A stretch of DNA of 64,000 bases. Source: Candidatus Falkowbacteria bacterium (lineage in GTDB: Bacteria; Patescibacteriota; Patescibacteriia; CAIXNZ01). Positions 9,229-18,004 of this stretch are shown piece after piece. The position numbers were made by a program, and so were the translations under genes. Each line of letters opens with the position of its first letter. Within the stretch, counting starts at the first letter, position 1. The stretch lies in assembly GCA_963774955.1 (NCBI GenBank), contig CAVZGV010000003.1:386981-450980 (forward strand). The letters are read 5' to 3'. The notes below the pieces were generated by a model. That model was not told where the DNA came from, searched no databases, and saw only the letters and a program-made list of their open reading frames with translations.

Positions 9229-9870
9229 ATGACTGAAAAAGAACTGCTGGAGAAACTGGCCACTTTTTCGTTGATTGAAGAATTGAAGTACCTTTTTATT
9301 TACGGCAGCAACAGCGATCTGGAAGCCGATGACAAGGATATTGATTTACTGGCTGTTGTTAATAATCCCAGAGGATATCTTTATTACAAGGTTGAAAAGA
9401 CCGATCAGGTTGATTTAATCATTGTAAATGAGGATTACTTCCAGCGGGCTATCAGCAACTTCGAACCATTGGTGCTAGAACCGTTGCTTAAAGGCCGACT
9501 TTTGCGAAGTTTTGCTTCAGTAGAAGTGGATTTCAGACAAAAGATATGGCAGCAGGAATTTCACAAGAAAAATCTGGTTTATCTGACCAGCTTTGCCTTT
9601 ACCCTCCTGTGCTGGGCTTTTGAACGCTGGGACAAGAAGAACTATGAAGAATGCCTGATGAACCTGACCTATGTTTTTAGCTATGCAGCCATGGCTGAAA
9701 ATTTAAGCAAATACAAAGAACCGGTTTTTTACTGGCAACTTTTGGCTCATCCTGATTATGGCTGTCTGAGAAAAATCAGGGCGAGTTTGAAACTTAAACA
9801 GTTTGATCAGACAGAAGAATTGCTAAACGAAACTTTTGCCTGGTTAAAGGGTCAGCTGAGTAAATTATAA
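9229..9870 (+). CDS. nucleotidyltransferase-fold (MNT-like) domain protein
   Basis: RBS AAGGAGG precedes ATG 9229 (MTEKELL…). YGSNSDLEADDKDIDLLAVV fits the minimal nucleotidyltransferase GS…[DE]x[DE] motif. A helical C-terminal half follows. Confidence 0.5.
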   Translation: MTEKELLEKLATFSLIEELKYLFIYGSNSDLEADDKDIDLLAVVNNPRGYLYYKVEKTDQVDLIIVNEDYFQRAISNFEPLVLEPLLKGRLLRSFASVEVDFRQKIWQQEFHKKNLVYLTSFAFTLLCWAFERWDKKNYEECLMNLTYVFSYAAMAENLSKYKEPVFYWQLLAHPDYGCLRKIRASLKLKQFDQTEELLNETFAWLKGQLSKL

Positions 9871-9905
9871 GTTTAAGCCGTTCCGACATGTCGGAACGGC
9901 TTTTT
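9871..9905 (+). terminator. rho-independent terminator
   Basis: GCCGTTCCGACATGTCGGAACGGC followed by TTTTT. Immediately followed by the TTTTTGTCC x2 motif. Confidence 0.75.
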
Positions 9906-9976
9906 GTCCTTTTTTGTCCTTAGTCAGTTGCAGGGTAATTAAATTATGATAAAAGTATTATTATTAATCTAGTTTT

Positions 9977-12142
9977 ATGAAAAAATTAATTAGAGTTACA
10001 TTTTTTCTGGGGATCCTGGTGATTTTAGGTTTTAGTAGTCACAGTTCCTTTGCCGCTCAAAGCAATTTAACCTCCAGGGTTAAAGGCTATATTGTACTCA
10101 GCGTTGAAGAACACGGGGAAGCATATTATGTTGATCCCGTAACTTTAAAAGCGTATTACATGCAAAGTCCTGACAAGGCTTTTGAAATAATGAGAACTTT
10201 CGGCTTGGGGATTACTGATGAAAATTTGGCAAAAATTCCTTTGGCTGGAACTAGTCAAACAGGGGATTGGCAATTACGTAATAAATTAGCCGGGCGGATA
10301 TTATTACAGGTGCAAAAAAACGGGGAAGCCTGGTATGTCTACCCTGGCGATTTAAAAAGATATTATTTGGGTAGCCCGTTTGGAGCCTTTAATTTAATGA
10401 GAGCAAAAGGTTTGGGTATTTCCCACACTGATTTGTCTGATTTAACTGTTTGGAATGTTACAAATCCCATTAAATATAGTAACTCAGTGGAGACCATGAA
10501 AATGCTGACCGCCAAGGCAATTGAAAGTAGATATATAAGCTATACTTTGTCAGGTGACTATGAGAAATATGCTGAAAATAAATATTATGCCTATGGCGGA
10601 CTTGATTTAACATTTTATTGTCCACCACCACAAAGCTCTTTTCCTAATGCTTATTTGATTACTGGATATGGCGCTAGTGTGCCGTATGAGTGGGAACCAA
10701 TCAATCCCGTAGCGACCTATTGGCAATCGGTAAACAAGCTTTCTATGGTAGCCTATTCTCAGGATTTTACCATGGTCTGTCAAAAAAATGATGGTAGTTT
10801 GTATAAGAAAACTATTACTATCACCGAAAAAACAAGACCGCTTAGCACTCTTACTCAGTCAAAAGAAAATATTTGGGATTTTACCAAATGGCATGATGAA
10901 TCATCCGGCCCAGGTTTGGACAGCGGCTTAGCAGAGACTTATTATGACGGTACAGGAAAAAAAGTCATTAAATTAAATTCCATGAAAGGTGGTAATTATT
11001 ATATGGAAAAGTCATATTATTTAACGGTTGATAACAGTAGTGACCTGAATAATATTGTCAGTTGGGATTGGAAACAAGATTCGATTGATTCTCCTTACGG
11101 TTATGTCGGGGTGTATATTCAGTTTATGAATGCCCAAAAATTTACTAACCGCAGTACAGAATCATCTTATGTTCTTGGTACATATGATCTGTTTCGCCAT
11201 ACCGGTGATTTCTACAAATATAGCTGTGACAATCGCTATGCCGAATCAACTTTAGGCCCCAGTAAATATAACTGCAATGAGGAAATCGGAGCCAAAGACA
11301 GCTGGCAAAATGTGCAGTTAAATCTTCAGAATATCCTAAACAATAAGCTTTATGGGGTAGCCAAAGATCAGATTAAAGCTGTAAAAATAAAAATTGTATC
11401 ATACAATAATGCAGGCAGCGGTGCTGTGGCGTATTGGCGTGATTTTCAGATTAATTCAACCTCAGCCGGGACTTTGCAATCTGCTGACTATTTCAAGTTA
11501 AGCCCATATAATTTTAGCGTTAAAAAAGGCGGCGATCTTATTACTACCGACGGCGAGTATGTTAGCCCGTGGGATGGTAACTATTCATTTGGTTATAACG
11601 GTGATTATCTTTTCAAAGGAGTTAATTCAAAGCCTGCGGAAGGGTGTAATATACGTAAGTTTATTTATAATTTTCAGGATTTTGAAAATAAAACCGTGGA
11701 AATTACTTTTAAACGAAGTGCTTATGGGGCTTTGGATTTTTCTTTACAAAACGAGGCCGGTCAGTTTGTAGATTTTGACAGCGATTCAAATGATGTGCCG
11801 TCTAATCTGGTTCGGGCCTGTAATAATTATTTTAAATGTGATTATACCTGTAATGATTATGCCGGCGGCTGGATAGGCAGTGAATATGACTGGGGTCAGC
11901 TGACCAATGACAATCAGTGGCATACTTTATCAATCAGTAAATTTCCGGATAAATTTATTTTTAACCTCGATAATGGTAAAAAGATTAAAGAGGTTAGCTC
12001 AGTCTTCGGCTGTAATTTGGCCGGTAATGTCAGGGGGATGGATTATTCCGGCCAAGTCAGTTTAATGGTTAGCGGCTGGAGCTGTAAATGGAAAAGCGAT
12101 GATTTGAATTATGAAGTCAAGGAAATTAAAATAAGCCGATAA
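9977..12142 (+). CDS. large secreted protein with two ~50-aa 'ILLQVxxxGEAWYVYPxxxxRYYL…GLGI' repeats
   Basis: Signal peptide MKKLIRVTFFLGILVILGFSSHSSFAAQ. Repeats at ~aa 35-90 and 105-160. The same repeat pair occurs in ORF 29443-30405. Confidence 0.6.
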   Translation: MKKLIRVTFFLGILVILGFSSHSSFAAQSNLTSRVKGYIVLSVEEHGEAYYVDPVTLKAYYMQSPDKAFEIMRTFGLGITDENLAKIPLAGTSQTGDWQLRNKLAGRILLQVQKNGEAWYVYPGDLKRYYLGSPFGAFNLMRAKGLGISHTDLSDLTVWNVTNPIKYSNSVETMKMLTAKAIESRYISYTLSGDYEKYAENKYYAYGGLDLTFYCPPPQSSFPNAYLITGYGASVPYEWEPINPVATYWQSVNKLSMVAYSQDFTMVCQKNDGSLYKKTITITEKTRPLSTLTQSKENIWDFTKWHDESSGPGLDSGLAETYYDGTGKKVIKLNSMKGGNYYMEKSYYLTVDNSSDLNNIVSWDWKQDSIDSPYGYVGVYIQFMNAQKFTNRSTESSYVLGTYDLFRHTGDFYKYSCDNRYAESTLGPSKYNCNEEIGAKDSWQNVQLNLQNILNNKLYGVAKDQIKAVKIKIVSYNNAGSGAVAYWRDFQINSTSAGTLQSADYFKLSPYNFSVKKGGDLITTDGEYVSPWDGNYSFGYNGDYLFKGVNSKPAEGCNIRKFIYNFQDFENKTVEITFKRSAYGALDFSLQNEAGQFVDFDSDSNDVPSNLVRACNNYFKCDYTCNDYAGGWIGSEYDWGQLTNDNQWHTLSISKFPDKFIFNLDNGKKIKEVSSVFGCNLAGNVRGMDYSGQVSLMVSGWSCKWKSDDLNYEVKEIKISR

Positions 12143-12155
12143 ATTAAAAATTAAA

Positions 12156-12190
12156 AAACTGCCAAGATACTTCTGCGGCAGTTTTTTAAA
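12156..12190 (+). terminator. rho-independent terminator
   Basis: ACTGCCAAGATACTTCTGCGGCAGT followed by TTTTTT. A second hairpin AAGATCCCGCGTGGCAGGATCTT follows at 12197-12219. Confidence 0.6.
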
Positions 12191-12224
12191 TAAAAAAAGA
12201 TCCCGCGTGGCAGGATCTTGGGGG

Positions 12225-12450
12225 TGTAAGGAGTGGGCGGCGCCTGCATAAAGGAGGAGTTACTGACTCGAAGGGAAAAAGGGGCAGGCGCCGCCCGTGG
12301 GTTGGTTAAAGAACTAAAAGATTTTAGAGAGGGGCCGTTCCTGCTTAACAATTTGATCAGAAGCTTTGCTTTGGAAGTTCTGAATAATTGGTCGCTGCTT
12401 ATCCGAGGGATTTGGTCTCAGCATTAGGACTAAGCAGGAACGGCCCGAAG
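12225..12450. ncRNA. candidate structured RNA or structured element of unknown class
   Basis: GC-rich island between convergent genes. A perfect 13-bp stem GGGCGGCGCCTGC (12233-12245) pairs with GCAGGCGCCGCCC (12284-12296). A perfect 16-bp stem GGGCCGTTCCTGCTTA (12332-12347) pairs with TAAGCAGGAACGGCCC (12431-12446). Extra internal pairing AGAACT/AGTTCT. Only short overlapping ORFs are present on both strands. Confidence 0.35.
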
Positions 12451-12507
12451 TAAATTCGATATTACTAGTCTAACAAAACTTTTTAGTTGAGTCAATTAAA
12501 TAAATAA

Positions 12508-12534
12508 AGCCTTCCGCATAGCGGAAGGCTTTTT
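12508..12534. terminator. bidirectional rho-independent terminator
   Basis: AAGCCTTCCGCATAGCGGAAGGCTTTTT, with A/T runs on both sides. Serves the minus-strand operon ending at 12539. Confidence 0.65.
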
Positions 12535-12538
12535 GTCA

Positions 12539-12739
12539 TCATTTGATGGTGATTTCAGTCTGGCAATTGGGGCAGGTAATTGTTGCCCCTTTGCTGACAA
12601 CCAAAATGTTGTTTGTGGTCAGTGCATGTTTTTGATCTTCGTTTAAATCTGCTTCAAGCACATGGAACCTGATTTCGGTTTTGCACCGGCAGATAAACGA
12701 TTCGACTATTAACGGCGCAGGCTGGTCATTCGTATCCAT
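12539..12739 (-). CDS. small zinc-ribbon-like protein
   Basis: 66 aa with CRC…CPNC. Lies 17 nt downstream of the 12757-13722 gene on the same strand, so probably operonic. Confidence 0.45.
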   Translation of the reverse strand: MDTNDQPAPLIVESFICRCKTEIRFHVLEADLNEDQKHALTTNNILVVSKGATITCPNCQTEITIK

Positions 12740-12756
12740 GATTACCTCCTTGGGTT

Positions 12757-13722
12757 TTAGTTTTGCTTAAGAAAGGTTTCAATGCGGTCAAAAAGTTGTT
12801 CTTGATCGAACTGGCTGCTTCCATTACGAGGGGAACCGCCAATGGAATCAGAGCCGTCCCAACGGTCAGTGTTGTCCGGGGCAATGCCTTCAAGTTCGTT
12901 GAGATAGTTAAAAAGTGTTTTGGGATCAAAGTCCGGAGCGACCAGATTGGAACGCTTGCCAATGACAAAGCGATGTTTAGCTTTGGAGTTTTGACCCAGA
13001 TAAATGACATAACAATTGATGCCGTCTTTGAACAGACCGTAACGAGCCTGGCGTCCGATTTCTTTGACCATGGCCCAGCCAGTTCCTGATTTGATCAGTT
13101 CATAGCGCATGTCAGCACCGATTGTTTGGCCCTGACCAATGGCATATTTCATGATGTTGTCCATCAGCGCCTGAAGCAGAATCAGCATTTCGGATGCAGA
13201 CAGTACGGCCAGCTTGCCTTCGGTGCGCAACTGGTCATATGGCTGAAAGATCCAGAAAATCGATTCCATGACATGCAGGTTGGGGAAGTATGGATATGAT
13301 CCGGCTGTGGCATCCAGGTTGCCTTCGACATTGACCAGCGCGTTAAGCGGTGCGCCGGCAGAATGGCTGGGGTTTAAAAGCAGCCAGATGGCCAGGGCAG
13401 TATCCTGGTCAATGTCATTGACCCAGATATGGCCTTTGATCTGGCCCTTGTCCCGGAAATTATCCAGTAAGCCCAGGTTTAGCGCGACCTGAACTTGGCC
13501 GCAGGTGGCTCGGGCAGCCAGACGCAGAATGCCGTCATGATGGTCAAAGTTGTATTTGCCGGCACGAGTTTCTGTAAACGGACCTCCGTTACAAAAACCG
13601 TCCAGGGCAATTGAATTTTTAGGGAACTTATTACTTAAAAATTCTTCCCGGGTCACAACTTTGCCAGGGATGATGTGAACTTCAAAAGTTCCGCTGTTAA
13701 ATATGATTTCATTCTCCATTCT
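12757..13722 (-). CDS. hypothetical protein (321 aa)
   Basis: RBS AAGGAGGAAG precedes ATG at 13722 (MENEIIF…). The upstream extension in the ORF track lacks an RBS. No confident family; the FDHHDG motif was noted but the other DHH-family motifs are absent. Confidence 0.5.
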   Translation of the reverse strand, partial: RMENEIIFNSGTFEVHIIPGKVVTREEFLSNKFPKNSIALDGFCNGGPFTETRAGKYNFDHHDGILRLAARATCGQVQVALNLGLLDNFRDKGQIKGHIWVNDIDQDTALAIWLLLNPSHSAGAPLNALVNVEGNLDATAGSYPYFPNLHVMESIFWIFQPYDQLRTEGKLAVLSASEMLILLQALMDNIMKYAIGQGQTIGADMRYELIKSGTGWAMVKEIGRQARYGLFKDGINCYVIYLGQNSKAKHRFVIGKRSNLVAPDFDPKTLFNYLNELEGIAPDNTDRWDGSDSIGGSPRNGSSQFDQEQLFDRIETFLKQN

Positions 13723-13774
13723 CTTCCTCCTTGTAAAGAACCCTGTGATATTTATGAAATTACTACTTTTTGTG

Positions 13775-13850
13775 AATTTTGTCAAGTAAGATTAATCCTG
13801 AAATTTTAACTAATTTCAGCTTGACAAAATTGGGTAGTTTTGCTTAAATA
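13775..13850. promoter_or_regulatory. divergent promoter region with inverted TTGACA-containing repeats
   Basis: AATTTTGTCAAG … CTTGACAAAATT inverted repeat. Each copy supplies a -35 box for one of the divergent genes (13722 minus strand, 13906 plus strand). Confidence 0.4.
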
Positions 13851-13905
13851 TATTGATGGATAGAACCTTTAAAATTAGAGGAAAATAAAGATGAAGGAGG
13901 AAGAA

Positions 13906-14937
13906 ATGTCCAAGAAAATTCAGGTACCCACTACTGATTATTACGCCTTGTTGGGCGTACATGCCTGCGCCAGAGAGGAAGTTATTCAGGCGGCTCAAAA
14001 AGCACTGCAGAAAATTTATCATCCTGATAATATTAAAACCGGTGACGAAAAAATGTCACAACAGATCAATGAAGCTGCTACGGTGCTTTTGACTCCCAAG
14101 AAGCGTTCCGAATATGATCGCGAGCGCCTCAAAGCAGCTGAACAGCCGATTGTCGGCTATCGCTTGCTTAAAGAAATCGCCGAAGGCGGGTTTGGGACGA
14201 CATATCTGGCTGAACATCTTTTAACCGGAGAATATGTCTGCATCAAACACTGTCATCGCATTTCTGCTGCGGATAATGAGATTATTCTGCAGGAAGCCAA
14301 GGCTATCTGGAATCTGCGTCATTTTGCGATTCCGATTGTCCGTGATCTAATCAAAATGGCCGACGGCAGCCTGGCTCTGGTTATGTCCTATATTGAAGGA
14401 CCGACATTGGAACAGGTTGTCAAAAAGAAGGGCGCGCTGCATCCTGAAAATGTCTGCTGGATTACCCAGCGGATTTTGAATGCTCTGAAGTACATGCATT
14501 TTCACGGGGTGATTCACGGCGATGTCAAGCCGGCGAATACGATTGTTCAGCCCAAAGAGCACCTGATTACCTTGGTTGATTATGGCCTGGCCATGATCCG
14601 GCCGCGAGTTGATTCTGAAAGTCTGGGGTATACGCCTTACTTTGCTCCTCCGGAGCAGGAGAGAGGCGAGACCCTGCTGCCGGAATCTGATTTCTATGCG
14701 CTGGGTATGACCATGATTTTCGCCTTAAGCGGGGATATTGATCTGGTCGTAAAAAAGGAAGTGCCGGAAGACACGCCTGAGCCACTGTGCAAGTTTATCA
14801 GTAAACTGATTGTGCGCGATGTGCTGGGCCGTCCCAATTGGCAAAAGCTCGACCTCTTTGAAGAAATTCAAAAGGTCAGGGAACAATGTTTTGGACGTAA
14901 AGAGTCCAATCTTAAAGACTTGTTTGACGACAAATGA
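13906..14937 (+). CDS. J-domain (DnaJ N-terminal) fused to a Ser/Thr protein kinase domain
   Basis: RBS GAAGGAGGAAG precedes ATG 13906. J domain DYYALLGV…KIYHPDN (HPD motif). Kinase Gly loop EGGFGTTY, VCIKH (Lys), catalytic loop HGDVKPANT, DYG (DFG-like), PYFAPPE (APE). Confidence 0.75.
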   Translation: MSKKIQVPTTDYYALLGVHACAREEVIQAAQKALQKIYHPDNIKTGDEKMSQQINEAATVLLTPKKRSEYDRERLKAAEQPIVGYRLLKEIAEGGFGTTYLAEHLLTGEYVCIKHCHRISAADNEIILQEAKAIWNLRHFAIPIVRDLIKMADGSLALVMSYIEGPTLEQVVKKKGALHPENVCWITQRILNALKYMHFHGVIHGDVKPANTIVQPKEHLITLVDYGLAMIRPRVDSESLGYTPYFAPPEQERGETLLPESDFYALGMTMIFALSGDIDLVVKKEVPEDTPEPLCKFISKLIVRDVLGRPNWQKLDLFEEIQKVREQCFGRKESNLKDLFDDK

Positions 14938-14965
14938 ACAAGTAGAAAAAGAAAGGAGCAAGAAA

Positions 14966-15970
14966 ATGTCTGAAAGCGGTGATTACAGTCCCGGTGTATG
15001 GAAAGGTCATGATTTTAATAGCGCTCGCAAGCGTTATGATAATCATGTCGGCCGCAGTTATGCTGATGCTAAGGTAGAAAAAAAGACTCAAAAGGACATG
15101 ATTCCCAAGTCAATGGAAACCAAGAGTCAATCGCCTTTGGTAATCGTCTGCGATCAGACCGGTTCCATGGGCGACTGGCCGGCAACCATGTTTTCCAAAT
15201 TGCCTTATCTGGAACTGGAAGGCCAGGAATATCTGGGTAAGGACATGGAAATCAGCTGGGCCGCCATTGGCGATGCCCACAATAACGAGGATTATCCGCT
15301 TCAGGGCCGTCCCTTTACCAAGGGGACGACGCTGAAAACCGAACTTGAAAAATTAGTCATCGAAGGCAAGGGCGGGGGGCAGTATCATGAAACCTATGAA
15401 CTGGCAGCCTTGTATTATGCCCGCAATGTCAGCATGCCCAAAGCCATTCGTCCGATAATCATATTTATCGGTGATGAGATGCCCTATGACACAGTAACGG
15501 AAGACGATGCCCAAACCTATTCATTGGTCAAGACCGAAAAAAGTCTTTCAGTTAAAGAAATCTTCCAGGAACTGCAGGCCAAATTCGCAGTTTACGTCAT
15601 TCTCAAGCCATATAATCTTGATAGCGGCGATAATGACAGCATGAATCAGCAGGTTTACAAAACCTGGCTCGAATTGGTAGATGGTGATCATATCGCTGTC
15701 TTGCCTGATCCTCAACGCGTCGTGGACATCATATTCGGCATCCTCGCCAAGGAAACCGGCCGAGTCGAATACTTCCGCGAGGAAATCGAAGGTCGGCAAA
15801 AACCCGACCAGATAAAGGTGGCTTATAAGGCGTTAACCACCATCCATACGGAGACGGATGACAAGGGCAAAAAGCAACCGGCGCTACCTGAACACAAATC
15901 AGTGATGCGCAAGTCAACCGGCGGCAAGAAAAGCAAAAAGCTCCTGGTCAGTGACAGTGATGACGAGTAA
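14966..15970 (+). CDS. vWA (von Willebrand factor A-like) domain protein with a Lys/Asp-rich C-terminal tail
   Basis: RBS AAAGGAG precedes ATG 14966 (MSESGDY…). MIDAS-like LVIVCDQTGSMGD, then further downstream T and D residues. The ORF-track 5' extension overlaps the kinase gene and is rejected. Confidence 0.55.
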   Translation: MSESGDYSPGVWKGHDFNSARKRYDNHVGRSYADAKVEKKTQKDMIPKSMETKSQSPLVIVCDQTGSMGDWPATMFSKLPYLELEGQEYLGKDMEISWAAIGDAHNNEDYPLQGRPFTKGTTLKTELEKLVIEGKGGGQYHETYELAALYYARNVSMPKAIRPIIIFIGDEMPYDTVTEDDAQTYSLVKTEKSLSVKEIFQELQAKFAVYVILKPYNLDSGDNDSMNQQVYKTWLELVDGDHIAVLPDPQRVVDIIFGILAKETGRVEYFREEIEGRQKPDQIKVAYKALTTIHTETDDKGKKQPALPEHKSVMRKSTGGKKSKKLLVSDSDDE

Positions 15971-15984
15971 GGAGGCGACTGACA

Positions 15985-16944
15985 ATGTTTTGGCAAAGAA
16001 AAAAGCTTAAACAAAAATCAATCCCTCTGACCCTGATGGCTACGCTCTGGCCGAGCTTTCCGCATTTTAGCCGCTTTGCGCAGGATGATAGACTGGAGGC
16101 AATCAGGCTCAATAGTGCCATGATCACCAACGCCCAGCTTGATCAGGAACTGGATTTGGCTTTAAAGCCTGAAATAACTGTGCCTTTGTACTTTGATGTC
16201 AAAGGTCGGCAGCTGAGGGTGACAGAAGTCCATCTTAATGACAACTATCTGGATCTGACGTTGAATCATCCGATCAAAGTCAAGACGCCGACCATGGTGT
16301 TGTTCAAAGCCGGTGAAGACAGGTGTTTACTCAAAGAGGTCAGAGAAGACGGACGTAGACTGATTTTCGACGGCGGGCCTGACTTCATGGTCATTGCCGG
16401 AGAATCAATTCATATCCGTGATTCAAGCCTGCAGGTTTTTGGCTCGGTCTTTACGGATTCGGAAAAAGCCAAGATCGACAAGGTCTACAACGCCGGTTTT
16501 CGCAAGTTTTTTCTGTCTTATGTTCAGGCTCAGCGTGATATCGACGAATTCATGGAATTGGTCGGTTCTGACGTTGAGATTATGCTCAAGATAGAAAATA
16601 AGCAGGGCCTGGCTTTCGTAGCCAACGGCTTCAAGAAAAAGGAAAACCACAGACTGGTGGCAGCCCGGGGTGACATGTACGTGGAGATTGATCGTCCCCA
16701 TCAGATCATGGCCGCCCTGAAGCTGATCATTGCCAAAGATCCGCAGGCCAATGTGGGGTCGCGGATGCTTTTATCCATCGTGCATGAACCAGTGCCGTCC
16801 TGCGCTGACTTTCTGGAGTTGGCCTGGCTTTATGACATCGGTTATCGATCCATGATGCTCTGCGATGAGCTTTGCCTGAAAGAAGATTTGCTGGCAACAG
16901 CAGTCAATGCCTGGCACAGTTTCAAAGAAGAGTATACAAGTTAA
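15985..16944 (+). CDS. pyruvate-kinase-like TIM-barrel (A-domain only) protein
   Basis: RBS GGAGG. Matches three PK A-domain signatures: DVKGRQLRV (cf. DTKGPEIR), KIENKQGL (cf. KIENQEG), VAARGDMYVEI…AALKLII (cf. MVARGDLGVEIP…QK.II). Lacks the B (cap) and C domains of canonical PK. Confidence 0.5.
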   Translation: MFWQRKKLKQKSIPLTLMATLWPSFPHFSRFAQDDRLEAIRLNSAMITNAQLDQELDLALKPEITVPLYFDVKGRQLRVTEVHLNDNYLDLTLNHPIKVKTPTMVLFKAGEDRCLLKEVREDGRRLIFDGGPDFMVIAGESIHIRDSSLQVFGSVFTDSEKAKIDKVYNAGFRKFFLSYVQAQRDIDEFMELVGSDVEIMLKIENKQGLAFVANGFKKKENHRLVAARGDMYVEIDRPHQIMAALKLIIAKDPQANVGSRMLLSIVHEPVPSCADFLELAWLYDIGYRSMMLCDELCLKEDLLATAVNAWHSFKEEYTS

Positions 16945-16952
16945 CCAAACAA

Positions 16953-16974
16953 GGGAGCAGCAATGCTCCCTTTT
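16953..16974 (+). terminator. rho-independent terminator
   Basis: GGGAGCAGCAATGCTCCC followed by TTTT. Confidence 0.7.
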
Positions 16975-16989
16975 ATAATAGGTTTAATC

Positions 16990-17018
16990 TTGACAGCACG
17001 GGTTATTTTTGTTATAAT
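16990..17018 (+). promoter_or_regulatory. consensus sigma70 promoter
   Basis: TTGACA, 17-nt spacer, TATAAT. Both hexamers are perfect consensus. About 58 nt upstream of the 17077 start. Confidence 0.7.
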
Positions 17019-17076
17019 AGATTGAAGCTTAGTTCTTTACATTAAAAAAGGTATTAGATAGTTTAAGGAGGCATAG

Positions 17077-17886
17077 ATGAGGAAATTTTGGTTGTTTGCA
17101 GTCATCGTCTTTATTTCTTTTTCAATGGTAATGAGCTGCGCTCAAGAGCCTGAAGAAAAGGACAAAATCAAAGTTACTCTGCCAGACAAACATTCTGATT
17201 CACCCGACTGGCAAAGCATCTATGAAGACAATATCAGATCAATCCCACAAATAGTCATTGAACAATGTTTTTTGAGCACTCATTATTGCCAGGAGTATTC
17301 CCAGGGCACAGCCTTTGTGGTTGATCAGGGAGTAGTGGCTACCAATTACCATCTGGCAGAATATTATTCTCTGACTGAGAAATCCAGTTCAGAGACGATT
17401 TTCTATCAGCTTTATCTTCGCTATCCTGCAACTAACACTCGCGAGGACAATTACTTTTTACCGGACAGATATTATGTCACAGGTTCTTATGGGTTAATTA
17501 ATCGGGACATGGCTCTGCTTCAAGTCAATACCTTGGGTAATGTTCCGGTTAAAATCACTGCTGCTGACTTTTGGTCATTGCAGACGGGCGACAAGATATT
17601 TATTGTCAGTTATCCCGGCAGCAGGGAATTTGTCGGGTCTGAAGGTAAAATATACGATATTTTTCGTAATGATGGCCTGGCTGACTGGATCGCCAATGAC
17701 ACCAAACTGATTGAGCACACAGCCGACACCTATTACGGCAGCAGCGGCGGACCAATTTTTAATGCCAAAGGTGAAGTCATTGGTATTCATTTTGCCGGTT
17801 TTGGCGACGGTTCGCCAACATCCCTGGCACTTTCGATTACCTATCTGCAAGGGATAGATTTCGAAAATGTACCTTTCGATTTTTGA
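17077..17886 (+). CDS. secreted/lipoprotein trypsin-like (S1 family) serine protease
   Basis: Signal peptide ending in Cys (…FSMVMSCAQ). Catalytic triad context GTAFVV…ATNYHL (His), DMALLQV (Asp), YYGSSGGPIF (Ser). Confidence 0.7.
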   Translation: MRKFWLFAVIVFISFSMVMSCAQEPEEKDKIKVTLPDKHSDSPDWQSIYEDNIRSIPQIVIEQCFLSTHYCQEYSQGTAFVVDQGVVATNYHLAEYYSLTEKSSSETIFYQLYLRYPATNTREDNYFLPDRYYVTGSYGLINRDMALLQVNTLGNVPVKITAADFWSLQTGDKIFIVSYPGSREFVGSEGKIYDIFRNDGLADWIANDTKLIEHTADTYYGSSGGPIFNAKGEVIGIHFAGFGDGSPTSLALSITYLQGIDFENVPFDF

Positions 17887-17891
17887 ATCAC

Positions 17892-17920
17892 AAAAGACAG
17901 AATCCAATTCTGTCTTTTTT
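17892..17920 (+). terminator. rho-independent terminator
   Basis: AAAAGACAGAATCCAATTCTGTCTTTTTT. Confidence 0.75.
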
Positions 17921-18004
17921 CTTTTTTAAAAATTAACTTCGTTGCGTTATGTTTTTAGGTCAGATGAACTATAAAAAAAGATCGCACAACTTAGCGCGAT
18001 CTAA

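Noticed and set aside
12151-12427. Short ORFs 12151-12351 (-) and 12233-12427 (+)
   Set aside because: They overlap each other inside the GC-rich stem-loop element. They have no RBS and their translations are low-complexity. Treated as non-coding.
14810-14965. 5' extension of the vWA ORF overlapping the kinase gene
   Set aside because: The internal ATG at 14966 has a good RBS (AAAGGAG). The extension overlaps 128 nt of the upstream gene in another frame.
15985-16944. Calling this gene housekeeping pyruvate kinase (pyk)
   Set aside because: Only the A-domain motifs are present, in a 319-aa protein. No cap or C-terminal domains. Called PK-like only.
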